NCBI GenBank assembly: GCA_030390025.1
Contig: JASTWF010000033.1
Coordinates: 4,714,001-4,778,000 of the forward strand
Direction of reading: 5' to 3'
Source of the DNA: Squalus acanthias
Taxonomy: Eukaryota
Length of the DNA stretch: 64,000 nucleotides
The notes under the pieces were generated by a model. That model ran no database searches. It saw only the letters and a program-made list of their open reading frames with translations, and was not told the origin of the DNA. Every line of letters starts with the position of its first letter. Positions within the stretch are counted from its first letter, which is position 1. Of the stretch, positions 27,901 to 39,565 are shown one piece after another. A program made the translations under genes and the position numbers.

Positions 27901-30466
27901 CTAGGGGCTTCTCAGCCCGTTTACCTGTGCCCACTAAGATATGATGCTTGGAAGAGACCGTGCGTGAAGATGGGGGCGGAGAAGGTGCAAGGGACCTATC
28001 TGCTGGACACTGGAGCTTCAAGCACCAATCTCTATGCGGATAACCCGACCACAGCACCTCTATCGAGCGGGGTCCCATATTACTTAGTATGGTTCACCGG
28101 GAACGAACAGGCTGGGTCTTTCTCCATCCCGCTAGCCATCGATCTGGGTACACTCCGTACGGAGTGGAAATGTGTCCTGATGCGGTGGGAGCGGGAGGGA
28201 ATAGGCTTTTTGGGGGCAGACTTCAGACTGGCCCACAAGATATTGGTGGATTTCCGGAATCACTGTCTTTGGGGGGCAGTGTGCACGGGAAAGGAGAAGG
28301 TGGTGGTAGTTATACCAGGGAAGCAAGGCAAGGGAACCGTGTGTACGATGAAGCCCAAGGGTAATTATGACCTTGAACTTTTGGTCACTTCTACCCCGGC
28401 GGAGTACATAGCGGATGTGCGAGCCAACCTCGCGGCATTCGCTACACACAAGCACGACTGTGGGAGGGTAATAGGGGTGGAGGTCAGAGTAGAAGGAGAC
28501 CCCATGGCCTGACCACAGAAACAGTACAACTTCCCAGTGAGGCAGAGGCGGATTTAGAGACGGCATTGGGATCACTGGTTGGGCAGGATGTGTTGAGTGC
28601 CATAGCAACGCATGTGAACTCTCGGATTTGGCCGGTTAGGAAACCGGGCAATTCGTGGAGAGCCACTGTGGACTATCGGGTTCTTAACAAGAACATCCCA
28701 GCCTGTGCCCACACCGATGCAGCCATAGCCGACCTGATCGGGAGTATCCCGGCATCTGCGAAAACATTCATGGTGCTGAACATTTCGAACGGATTCTGGT
28801 CTATCCCTCTCAAAAGGGAGGACCAGTATAAATTCGCATTCACTTTCAAGGGTCAGCAGTACACATGGACCTGCCTTCCCCAAGGGTTTCATAACAGCCC
28901 TTCTATTTTCCACCAATATATGGCCAACTGTTTAAAAGGGTTTAGCAGACCGCAGCGGCTTGTACAGTACGTGGACGATCTGCTTTTATTCTCCAACGAG
29001 GGGGAAGTGAAATGGCCCCCTGCTGGCTGAGCTGCTGAGTATGTTAAAGGAAGCTGGGTTCAAGGTTAATCCCAAGAAAGCAAAGATCGGCCAGCAGGAC
29101 GTAAATGTCCTCAGGCTGACCATACGTGCTGGCGAGAGGGCCATCGATGAGGCGAAAAGGAAGGCGGTACAGGAGCTACCTGCCCTGACCACGATAACGG
29201 GGGTAAGATCCTTCCTGGGACTCACAGGGCATTGCAGGGATTTCCTAGAGGACTATGCCGCTACGGCAGCTCCTCTACTCCGGCTGCTTCACAAGGGATT
29301 GGGCTGGGAGAGGGATGAGGACTGCATGGCAGCTTTTAGTCATCTGAAGAGAGATCTGCAGACCACGCCGGCTTTAGGAGCGATTGATGGGGGAAAGGAG
29401 TTATTTTTGGAGGTAGCTGCCACAGGGGACAGTTTGAGCGCAGTGCTGCTCCAGGAGCGGCATGGCAAGCTGAGGCCTGTGGTATACTCATCAAGAATCC
29501 TCACAGATGTAGAGAGGGGTACTCCAATTGTGCGAGGCACCTGCTTGCCACACATTGGGCAGTGAGGAGATCACAAATCTTCACGAGAGCGTCACCGTTA
29601 ACTCTCTTAACCCATCATACGCCCACTCAGATGCTTCTGGATGGGAGGATAAAGGACGGCACGGTGAGCAGTGCACGCATTGCTCGCTGGACTTTATTGC
29701 TCTCTCAGACGAATTTGAGTGTGAAAGGCCGCTGTGTGCCTAAGCTCCCCGCAAATTTGATCTACCCAGGGGTGGCCCACAAATGTTCTGTTGAATGGGT
29801 ATGGGACGTAGACATAGGGTTTAGGGCTGGGATCCATGTAGACGGGTCCAGTACAGTGGTGGCAGGGGAGCAATTCACTGGATGCGGGATTTTTGACCCA
29901 AAGGCAGGCATTGCCAAGGTCATTAAACTCCTGAGCACCATGAGCGCCCAGCACGCTGAACTCTCGGCGGTGGTGAATGTGGTTACTCACCCCGAAGTGT
30001 ACCCTACGCCCTATAAAATTTGCTCGGACAGCATGTTCACTTGCAATTCGTGTACAGAATATTTAGCCATTTGGTCTCGTCGCGGGTTCACATCTGCAGA
30101 CGGGAAACCCCTAGCAACAAAGCCATTGTTGCAACAGATCATAACATCGATAGGAACCGAGGGGGATTTCTATATCCACAAAGGCAAGGCCCATTCAAAA
30201 GCAGAACCCCGTGCGGAGGGCAATCAGCAGGCCGACGTGCTAGCCAACGAGGGTGCTCGAACGGGCACGTTTTGGGATCCATATGGGTCGAGTCTGCTAG
30301 CAGCGATCAGAGACAGAGGTGGGACCCAAGGGAGTGCAGGGGTAGCATTGGCCCCGGACCTAAAGATTGTCCAGGCACGGGATTCAGTCCTAAAGACTGT
30401 TCTGGAGACGCTGGCTTAGGGAGATAAGGTAGAGCGTCCATACGGAGTGGCAGGTATCTCGCTAAA
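27901..30466 (+). pseudogene. pol: pol 5' part: protease, RT, degenerate RNase H/tether, second RNase H
   Basis: YLLDTGAS; VDYRVLNK, LNISNGFW, WTCLPQGFHNSP, QYVDDLL; RSFLGL, AVLLQ..RPVVYSSR; then HVDGSS, SAQHAEL, CSDS, KAH and GNQQAD. Several stops and frameshifts. Confidence 0.92.
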
Positions 30467-31035
30467 TACGTAGTACCATTATTAAAGAAGGGTAGTAGGG
30501 ATAAACCAGGGAATTACAGGCCAGTGAGCCTGACATCAGAGGTAGGGAAATTATTGGAAAAAATTCTGAGTGACACAATTAGTCTCCACTTGGAGAGGCA
30601 AGGATTAATCAAGGATAGTCATCATGGCTTTGTCAGGGGGAAAGCATGTCTAACCAATTTGATTGAATTTTTCGAGGGGGTGACTAGGTGTATGGATGAG
30701 GGTTGTGCAGTTAATGTGGTCTACATGGACTTCAGTAAGGCTTTTGACAAAGTCCCGCATGGGAGACTGGTCAAGAAGGTAAAAGTCCATGGGATCCAGT
30801 GCAACTTGGCACATTGGGTCCAAAATTGGCTTCGTGGCAGGAGGCAGTGGGTGATGGTCGAAGGTTGTTTTTGTGACTGGAAGCCTGTGTCCAATGGTGT
30901 ACCGCTAGGATCGGTGCTGGGTCCTTTGCTGTTTGTAGTGTACATTAATGATTTAGATATGAATGTAGGAGGTATGATCAGTAAGTTTGCAGATGACACG
31001 AAAATTGGTGGGGTGGTAAATAGCGAGGAGGGAAG
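30467..31035 (+). mobile_element. CR1 RT fragment inserted into pol (mirror copy ~33846-34414 on minus)
   Basis: RPVSLTS, HGFVRG, DFSKAFDKVPH and KFADDTKI; truncated after NSEEGS. Confidence 0.9.
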
Positions 31036-31078
31036 CTGTCGGCGGTGGTGTACGTGGTTACTCACCCCGAAGTGTACC

Positions 31079-32032
31079 ATAAGAACATAAGAAATAGGAG
31101 CAGGAGTAGGCCAATCGGCCCCTCGAGCCTGCTCCGCCTTTCAATGAGATCATGGCTGATCTGATCCTAACCTCAAATCTAAAGAACACAAGAAGTAGGA
31201 GCAGGACAATGCCACTCAGCCCTTGGGCCGGCTCCGCCACCCACAGGGTCCTGACCGATCCGAACTCAGCCTCATGTCCAATTTCCTGACCGCTCACCGT
31301 AACCCCTAATTCCCTTTACTTCTAGGAAACTATCTATTTCTGTTTTAAATTTATTTAATGATGTAGCTTCCACAGCTTCCTGGGGCAGCAAATTCCACAG
31401 ACCTACTACCCTCTGAGTGAAGAAGTTTCTCCTCATCACAGTTTTGAAAGAGCAGCCCCTTATTCTAAGATTATGCCCCTTAGTTCTAGTTTCACCCATC
31501 CTTGGGAACATCCTTACCGCATCCACCCGATCAAGCCTCTTCACAATCTTATATGTTTCAATAAGATCGCCTCTCATTCTTCTGAACTCCAATGAGTAGA
31601 GTCCCAATCTACTCAACCTCTCCTTATATGTCATAGAAACATAGAAACATAGAATCTAGGAGCAGGAGTAGGCCATTCGGCTCGTCGAGCCTGCTCCACC
31701 ATTCAATGCGATCATGGCTGATCATCCAAATCCAGTACCCTGTCCCTGCTTTAATCCCCACAGTACACATATCCCACCCGACCCCCGTAACCCCACGTAT
31801 TTAATTCCCCCTAACATATCCCATCCTATCCCCATAACCACACATATTTAATCCCCCCCTAACACTAAGGGTCAATTTATCATATCCAAATCAACCTAAC
31901 CCGCACATTTTTGGACTGTGGGAGGAAACCGGAGCACCTGGAGGAAACCCACGCAGACACGGGGAGAATGTGCAAACTCCACACAGACAGTCACCCGAGG
32001 TCAGATTCGAACCCGGGTCTCTGGCGCTGTGA
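31079..32032 (-). mobile_element. CR1 3' end plus 5'-truncated HE1/V-SINE (left-arm copy)
   Basis: ORF 31272..31634 is the CR1 C-terminus; SINE central domain ggaggaaaccggagcacc...tgcaaactccacacagac. Confidence 0.88.
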
Positions 32033-32667
32033 CCTATCTGCTGGACACTGGAGCTTCAAGCACCAATCTCTATGCGGATAACCCGACCACAGCACCTCTA
32101 TCGAGCGGGGTCCCATATTACTTAGTATGGTTCACCGGGAACGAACAGGCTGGGTCTTTCTCCATCCCGCTAGCCATCGATCTGGGTACACTCCGTACGG
32201 AGTGGAAATGTGTCCTGATGCGGTGGGAGCGGGAGGGAATAGGTTTTTTGGGGGCAGACTTCAGACTGGCCCACAAGATATTGGTGGATTTCCGGAATCA
32301 CTGTCTTTGGGGGGCAGTGTGCACGGGAAAGGAGAAGGTGGTGGTAGTTATACCAGGGAAGCAAGGCAAGGGAACCGTGTGTACGATGAAGCCCAAGGGT
32401 AATTATGACCTTGAACTTTTGGTCACTTCTACCCCGGCGGAGTACATAGCGGATGTGCGAGCCAACCTCGCGGCATTCGCTACACACAAGCACGACTGTG
32501 GGAGGGTAATAGGGGTGGAGGTCAGAGTAGAAGGAGACCCCATGGCCTGACCACAGAAACAGTACAACTTCCCCAGTGAGGCAGAGGCGGATTTAGAGAC
32601 GGCATTGGGATCACTGGTTGGGCAGGATGTGTTGAGTCCCATAGCAACGCATGTGAACTCTCGGATT
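32033..32667 (+). pseudogene. Third copy of the retroviral protease region (duplicate of ~27995-28628) in the palindrome spacer
   Basis: TYLLDTGASSTNLYADNP...EGDPMA* is identical in translation to the 27964..28512 ORF. Confidence 0.93.
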
Positions 32668-33802
32668 ATTAAAACAGGGAAGTATTGCTGCAGTTAAATA
32701 AGGTATTGGTGAGACCGCACCTGGAGTACTGCATACAGTTTTGGTGTCCATACTTAAGAAAATACATACTTGCTCTCGAGGCAGTACAAAGAAGGTTAAT
32801 CCCGGGGATGAGGGGGCAACACGGTGGCATAGTGGTTAGCACTGGTGCCTCACAGCGCCAGAGACCCAGGTTCGAATCTGACCTAGGGTGACTGTCTGTG
32901 TGGAGTTTGCAAATTCTCCCCGTGTCTGCGTGGGTTTCCTCCAGGTGCTCCGGTTTCCTCCCACAGTCCAAAAATGTGCGGGTTAGGTTGATTTGGATAT
33001 GATAAATTGACCCTTAGTGTTAGGGGGGGATTAAATATGTGGGGTTATGGGGATAGGATGGGATATGTTAGGGGGAATTAAATACGTGGGGTTACGGGGG
33101 TAGGGTGGGATATGTGTACTGTGGGGATTAAAGCAGGGACAGGGTACTGGATTTGGATGATCAGCCATGATCGCATTGAATGGTGGAGCAGGCTCGATGG
33201 GCCGAATGGCCTACTCCTGCTCCTAGATTCTATGTTTCTATGTTTCTATGACATATAAGGAGAGGTTGAGTAGATTGGGACTCTACTCATTGGAGTTCAG
33301 AAGAATGACAGGCGATCTTATTGAAACATATAAGATTGTGAAGGGGCTTGATCGGGTGGATGCGGTAAGGATGTTCCCAAGGATGGGTGAAACTAGAACT
33401 AAGGGGCATAATCTTAGAATAAGGGGCTGCTCTTTCAAAACTGTGATGAGGAGAAACTTCTTCACTCAGAGGGTAGTAGGTCTGTGGAATTTGCTGCCCC
33501 AGGAAGCTCTGGAAGCTACATCATTAAATAAATTTAAAACAGAAATAGATAGTTTCCGAGAAGTAAAGGGAATTAGGGGTTACGGTGAGCGGTCAGGAAA
33601 TTGGACATGAGGCTGAGTTCGGATCGGTCAGGACCCTGTGGGTGGCGGAGCGGGCCCAAGGGCTGAGTGGCCGGGTCCTGCTCCTACTTCTTGTGTTCTT
33701 TAGATTTGAGGTTAGGATCAGATCAGCCATGATCTCATTGAAAGGCGGAGCAGGCTCGAGGGGCCGATTGGCCTACTCCTGCTCCTATTTCTTATGTGCT
33801 TA
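32668..33802 (+). mobile_element. 5'-truncated CR1 with a nested SINE
   Basis: VRPHLEYCIQFW...LIPGMRG | SINE | MTYKERLSRLGLYSLE..., then the 3' tail. Confidence 0.9.
32812..33250 (+). mobile_element. tRNA-derived SINE of HE1/V-SINE type
   Basis: A box tggcatagtgg, B box ggttcgaatc, central domain gtggagtttgca...gggtttcctcc...ggtttcctcccacagtcca, and a CR1-derived tail with ttctatgt repeats. Confidence 0.85.
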
Positions 33803-34414
33803 TGGTACACTTCGGGGTGAGTAACCACGTACACCACCGCCGACAGCTTCCCTCCTCGCTATTTACCACCCCACCAATTTTCGTGTCATCTGCAAACTTA
33901 CTGATCATACCTCCTACATTCATATCTAAATCATTAATGTACACTACAAACAGCAAAGGACCCAGCACCGATCCTAGCGGTACACCATTGGACACAGGCT
34001 TCCAGTCACAAAAACAACCTTCGACCATCACCCACTGCCTCCTGCCACGAAGCCAATTTTGGACCCAATGTGCCAAGTTGCACTGGATCCCATGGACTTT
34101 TACCTTCTTGACCAGTCTCCCATGCGGGACTTTGTCAAAAGCCTTACTGAAGTCCATGTAGACCACATTAACTGCACAACCCTCATCCATACACCTAGTC
34201 ACCCCCTCGAAAAATTCAATCAAATTGGTTAGACATGCTCTCCCCCTGACAAAGCCATGATGACTATCCTTGATTAATCCTTGCCTCTCCAAGTGGAGAC
34301 TAATTGTGTCACTCAGAATTTTTTCCAATAATTTCCATACCACTGATGTCAGGCTCACTGGCCTGTAATTCCCTGGTTTATCCCTACTACCCTTCTTTAA
34401 TAATGGTACTACGT

Positions 34415-37400
34415 ATTTAGCGAGATACCTGCACTCCGTATGGACGCTCTATCTTATCTCCCTAAGCCAGCGTCTCCAGAACAGTCTTTAGGACTGAATC
34501 CCGTGCCTGGACAATCTTTAGGTCCGGGGCCAATGCTACCCCTGCACTCCCTTGGGTGCCACCTCTGTCTCTGATCGCTGCTAGCAGACTCGACCCATAT
34601 GGATCCCAAAACGTGCCCGTTCGAGCACCCTCGTTGGCTAGCACGTCGGCCTGCTGATTGCCCTCCGCACGGGGTTCTGCTTTTGAATGGGCCTTGCCTT
34701 TGTGGATATAGAAATCCCCCTCGGTTCCTATCGATGTTATGATCTGTTGCAACAATGGCTTTGTTGCTAGGGGTTTCCCGTCTGCAGATGTGAACCCGCG
34801 ACGAGACCAAATGGCTAAATATTCTGTACACGAATTGCAAGTGAACATGCTGTCCGAGCAAATATTATATGGCGTAGGGTACACTTCGGGGTGAGTAACC
34901 ACATTCACCACCGCCGAGAGTTCAGCGTGCTGGGCGCTCATGGTGCTCAGGAGTTTAATGACCTTGGCAATGCCTGCCTTTGGGTCAAAAATCCCGCATC
35001 CAGTGAATTGCTCCCCTGCCACCACTGTACTGGACCCGTCTACATGGATCCCAGCCCGAAACCCTATGTCTACGTCCCATACCCATTCAACAGAACATTT
35101 GTGGGCCACCCCTGGGTAGATCAAATTTGCGGGGAGCTTAGGCACACAGCGGCCTTTTACACTCAAATTCGTCTGAGAGAGCAATAAAGTCCAGCGAGCA
35201 ATGCGTGCACTGCTCACCGTGCCGTCCTTTATCCTCCCATCCAGAAGCATCTGAGTGGGCGTATGATGGGTTAAGAGAGTTAACGGTGACGCTCTCGTGA
35301 AGATTTGTGATCTCCTCACTGCCCAATGTGTGGCAAGCAGGTGCCTCGCACAATTGGAGTACCCCTCTCTACATCTGTGAGGATTCTTGATGAGTATACC
35401 ACAGGCCTCAGCTTGCCATGCCGCTCCTGGAGCAGCACTGCGCTCAAACTGTCCCCTGTGGCAGCTACCTCCAAAAATAACTCCTTTCCCCCATCAATCG
35501 CTCCTAAAGCCGGCGTGATCTGCAGATCTCTCTTCAGATGACTAAAAGCTGCCATGCAGTCCTCATCCCTCTCCCAGCCCAATCCCTTGTGAAGCAGCCG
35601 GAGTGGAGGAGCTGCCGTAGCGGCATAGTCCTCTAGGAAATCCCTGTAATGCCCTGTGAGTCCCAGGAAGGACCTTACCCCCGTTATCGTGGTCAGGGCA
35701 GGTAGCTCCTGTACCGCCTTCCTTTTCGCCTCATCGATGGCCCTCTCGCCAGCACGTATGGTCAGCCTGAGGACATTTACGTCCTGCTGGCCAATCTTTG
35801 CTTTCTTGGGATTAACCTTGAACCCAGCTTCCTTTAACATACTCAGCAGCTCAGCCAGCAGGGGGCCATTTCACTTCCCCCTCGTTGGAGAACAAAAGCA
35901 GATCGTCCACGTACTGTACAAGCCGCTGCGGTCTGCTGAACCCTTTTAAACAGTTGGCCATATATTGGTGGAAAATAGAAGGGCTGTTATGAAACCCTTG
36001 GGGAAGGCAGGTCCATGTGTACTGCTGACCCTTGAAAGTGAATGCGAATTTATACTGGTCCTCCCTTTTGAGAGGGATGGACCAGAATCCGTTCGAAATG
36101 TTCAGCACCATGAATGTTTTCGCAGATGCCGGGATACTCCCGATCAGGTCGGCTATGGCTGCGACGGTGTGGGCACAGGCTGGGATGTTCTTGTTAAGAA
36201 CCCGATAGTCCACAGTGGCTCTCCACGAATTGCCCGGTTTCCTAACCGGCCAAATCCGAGAGTTCACATGCGTTGCTATGGCACTCAACACATCCTGCCC
36301 AACCAGTGATCCCAATGCCGTCTCTAAATCCGCCTCTGCCTCACTGGGGAAGTTGTACTGTTTCTGTGGTCAGGCCATGGGGTCTCCTTCTACTCTGACC
36401 TCCACCTCTATTACCCTCCCACAGTCGTGCTTGTGTGTAGCGAATGCCGCGAGGTTGGCTCGCACATCCGCTATGTACTCCGCCGGGGTAGAAGTGACCA
36501 AAGTTCAAGGTCATAATTACCCTTGGGCTTCATCGTACACACGGTTCCCTTGCCTTGCTTCCCTGGTATAACTACCACCACCTTCTCCTTTCCCGTGCAC
36601 ACTGCCCCCCAAACACAGTGATTCCGGAAATCCACCAATATCTTGTGGGCCAGTCTGAAGTCTGCCCCCAAAAAGCCTATTCCCTCCCGCTCCAACCGCA
36701 TCAGGACACATTTCCACTCCGTACGGAGTGTACCCAGATCGATGGCTAGCGGGATGGAGAAAGACCCAGCCTGTTCGTTCCCGGTGAACCATACTAAGTA
36801 ATATGGGACCCCGCTCGATAGAGGTGCTGTGGTCGGGTTATCCGCATCGAGATTGGTGCTTGAAGCTCCAGTGTCCAGCAGATAGGTCCCTTGCACCTTC
36901 TCCACCCCCATCTTCACGCACGGTCTCTTCCAAGCATCATATCTTAGTGGGCACAGGTAAACGGGCTGAGAAGCCCCTAGTCATCGGTCGGGTTTGTTCG
37001 GGGCGGATGGGAGTACGCTGCCCGCTGCCGTGTCCACCCTACTCTGCCCTGTCGGAAAGACTGCGCGGAGAGCAGCCACTAATACCGCAAACGGATCAGT
37101 GCTGCTTCCTGCCACAGCTGCAGCTTTCTGCACTGGTGCTGGAGGAACCCCTTTCCCGCTCCTTTTGTCAGACACTGGTTAGTCTTTCCTCCAGTGCCCT
37201 TTACTCCCGCACACATAACAACCCTGCTTCTTCTCTGAGCTACCCCCTTCCTGGCGCCACTCTCTTCTAACGTTGCCTCCACTAGGCTTTAACTCGTGTA
37301 CTCTGCCCTTTGGTTTGTCATCCTCACCCCTACCATTCTTAAAAGAGAGAGTTAACTGCCGGATCACACTCTCTTCTGTGGTCTGGGGATCCCTGGAATC

Positions 37401-37492
37401 GAACCACTCCTCTGCTTTGGCCTTGATCCTGGGCAGGCTGTTCGCTACCAGGATCCTCAGCCAATGAGCCCTAGGCTCCCCCTGCAGCTGCG
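34415..37492 (-). pseudogene. Inverted copy of gag 3' end and pol (PR-RT-RH-RH)
   Basis: Minus-strand ORFs 37179..37367, 36471..36917, 35851..36315, 35316..35840 and 34462..35319 match the plus-strand copy. Confidence 0.93.
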
Positions 37493-38456
37493 TTCATACG
37501 GAGTGGCAGCTGTCTCGGTAAATACGTAGTACCATTATTCAAGAAGGGTAGTAGGGATAAACCAGGGAATTACAGGCCAGTGAGCCTGACATCAGTGGTA
37601 GGGAAATTATTGGAAAACATTCTGAGGGACAGAAATAGTCTCCACTTGGAGAGGCAAGGATTAATCAAGGATAGTCATCATGGCTTTGTCAGGGGGAGAT
37701 CATGTCTAACCAATTTGATTGAATTTTTCGAGCGGGTGACTAGATGTATGGATGAGAGTAGTGCAGTTGATGTGGTCTACACGGACTTCAGTAAGGCTTT
37801 TGACAAAGTCCCGTATGGGAGACTGGTCAAGAAGGTAAAAGCCCATGGGATCCAGTGCAACTTGGCACATTGGGTCCAAAATTGGCTTCGTGGCAGGAGG
37901 CAGAGGGTAATGGTCGAAGGTTGTTTTTGTGACTGGAAGCCTGTGTCCAATGGTTTACCGCTGGGATCAGTGCTGGGTCCTTTGCTGTTTGTAGTGTACA
38001 TTAATGATTTAGATATGAATGTAGGAGGTATGATCAGTAAGTTCGCAGATGACACGAAAATTGGTGGGGTGGTAAATAACGAGGAGGGAAGCCTCCGGCT
38101 ACAGGACGATATAGACGGGTTGGTTAGATGGTCAGAACAGTGGCAAATGGAATTTAACCCTGAAAAGTGTAAGGTGATGCATTTTGGGAGGACGAACAAG
38201 GCAACGGAATACACAATGAATGGTTTGACCCTAGGAAGGACAGAGGATCAGACGGACCTTGGTGCGCATGCACATAGATCCAGGAAGGCAGCAGGACAGT
38301 TTGATAAGGTGGTTAAAAAGGCATATGGGAAACTTTCCTTCATTAGCCGAGGCATAGAATATAAGTCATGATGCGGAGATGCCGGTGTTGGACTGGGGTG
38401 GACAAAATTGAGAGGTCGCACAACACCAGGTTATAGTCCAACAGTTTTATTTGAAA

Positions 38457-38494
38457 TCACAAGCTTTCGGAACTATCGCTCCTTCCTCAGGTGA
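38457..38494 (-). ncRNA. Type I hammerhead ribozyme motif (inverted copy)
   Basis: Exact reverse complement of 38843-38880. Confidence 0.75.
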
Positions 38495-38842
38495 AGTAAA
38501 TTGGATACAGAATCGTCAGAGCATATATAGATGGAAAAAAAAGCATGTGTACTTTACAATTGCAGACCAATAAATTAAATCATCCTGACTATCTGCCGAG
38601 GTGTGATAAAGTTAATTAAGTCAGCCAGCTTTTGACACGTTAGAACCCCTGCGACTTCACCTCATTGTCTCAGTTGTATCTTGCTATATCTTTTGATGTG
38701 GTACCTTCCTGGCTGACTTAATTAACTTTATCACACCTCGGCAGATAGTCAGGATGATTTAATTTATTGGTCTGCAATTGTAAAGTACACATGCTTTTTT
38801 TTCCATCTATATATGCTCTGACGATTATGTATCCAATTTACT

Positions 38843-38880
38843 TCACCTGAGGAAGGAGCGATAGTTCCGAAAGCTTGTGA
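38843..38880 (+). ncRNA. Type I hammerhead ribozyme motif
   Basis: Stem I tcac/gtga; core CTGAGGA 38847-38853; stem II ggagc-gata-gttcc (one G-U pair); GAAA 38869-38872; short palindromic aagctt stem III. Confidence 0.75.
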
Positions 38881-39565
38881 TTTCAAATAAAACTGTTGGA
38901 CTATAACCTGGTGTTGTGCGACCTCTCAATAGAATATAAGAGCAGAGAGGTTATGATGGAGCTGTACAAAACGGTAGTTAGGCCACAGCTGGAATACTGT
39001 GTGCAGTTCTGGTCGCCACACTATAGGAAGGATGTGATTGAATTGGAGAGGGTGCAGAGGAGATTCACCAGGATGTTACCTGGGCTGGAGCGCTTCAGCT
39101 ATGAAGAGTGACTGGACAGGCTGGGGTTGTTTTCCTTAGAGCAGAGAAGGCTGAGCGGGGACCTGATTGATGTGTACACAATTATGAGGTGCATAGATAG
39201 GGTAGATAGAAAGGAACGTTTTCCCTTAGTAGAGGGGTCAATAACCAGAGGGCATAGTTTCAAGGGAAGGGGCAGGAGGCTTAGAGGGGATTTGATGAAA
39301 AACTTTTTCACCCAGAGTGTGGTTGGAGACTGGAACCTGAAAGGCTGGTAGAGGCAGGAACCCTCACAATATTCAAGAATCATTTAGATGAGCACTTGAC
39401 ACGCCACAGCTTACAAGGCTAGGGACCAAGTGCTGGAACATGGGATTAGAATAGACAGGGCTTGATGGCCACACGGACACGATGGGCCGAAGGGCCTCTT
39501 TCTGTGCTGTATAAATCTATGACACTGTGACTATGACTATGACCTTCTCTATGACTCTATGACTC

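Larger units (their letters stand above)
27389..37492. repeat. Large inverted duplication: arms 27389-32032 and 32850-37492, spacer ~820 bp
   Basis: Mirror-image near-identical ORFs (29562..30419+ vs 34462..35319-; 28566..29030+ vs 35851..36315-). Paired coordinates sum to ~64881. Confidence 0.95.
38366..38928. mobile_element. Penelope-derived fold-back element with ~220-bp inverted arms and a 12-bp TSD
   Basis: TSD atagaatataag at 38354-38365 and 38929-38940; arms ~38407-38628 and ~38709-38930 are near-perfect reverse complements. Confidence 0.85.
37523..39565 (+). mobile_element. CR1 LINE (5'-truncated, complete 3' end) inserted between RNase H and integrase
   Basis: RT ORF 37580..38371 continues at 38941; tail of ctatgact repeats. 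The short duplication taaa flanks it and restores pol as ...SLKEGMVFRG. Confidence 0.92.

Noticed and set aside
31918..32550. 210-aa ORF with a novel N-terminus fused to protease
   Set aside because: The N-terminus is antisense SINE sequence joined at a rearrangement junction, and it starts at a non-ATG codon.
32812..32885. tRNA gene
   Set aside because: The A and B boxes belong to a SINE head followed by the SINE core and a CR1 tail; no convincing cloverleaf.
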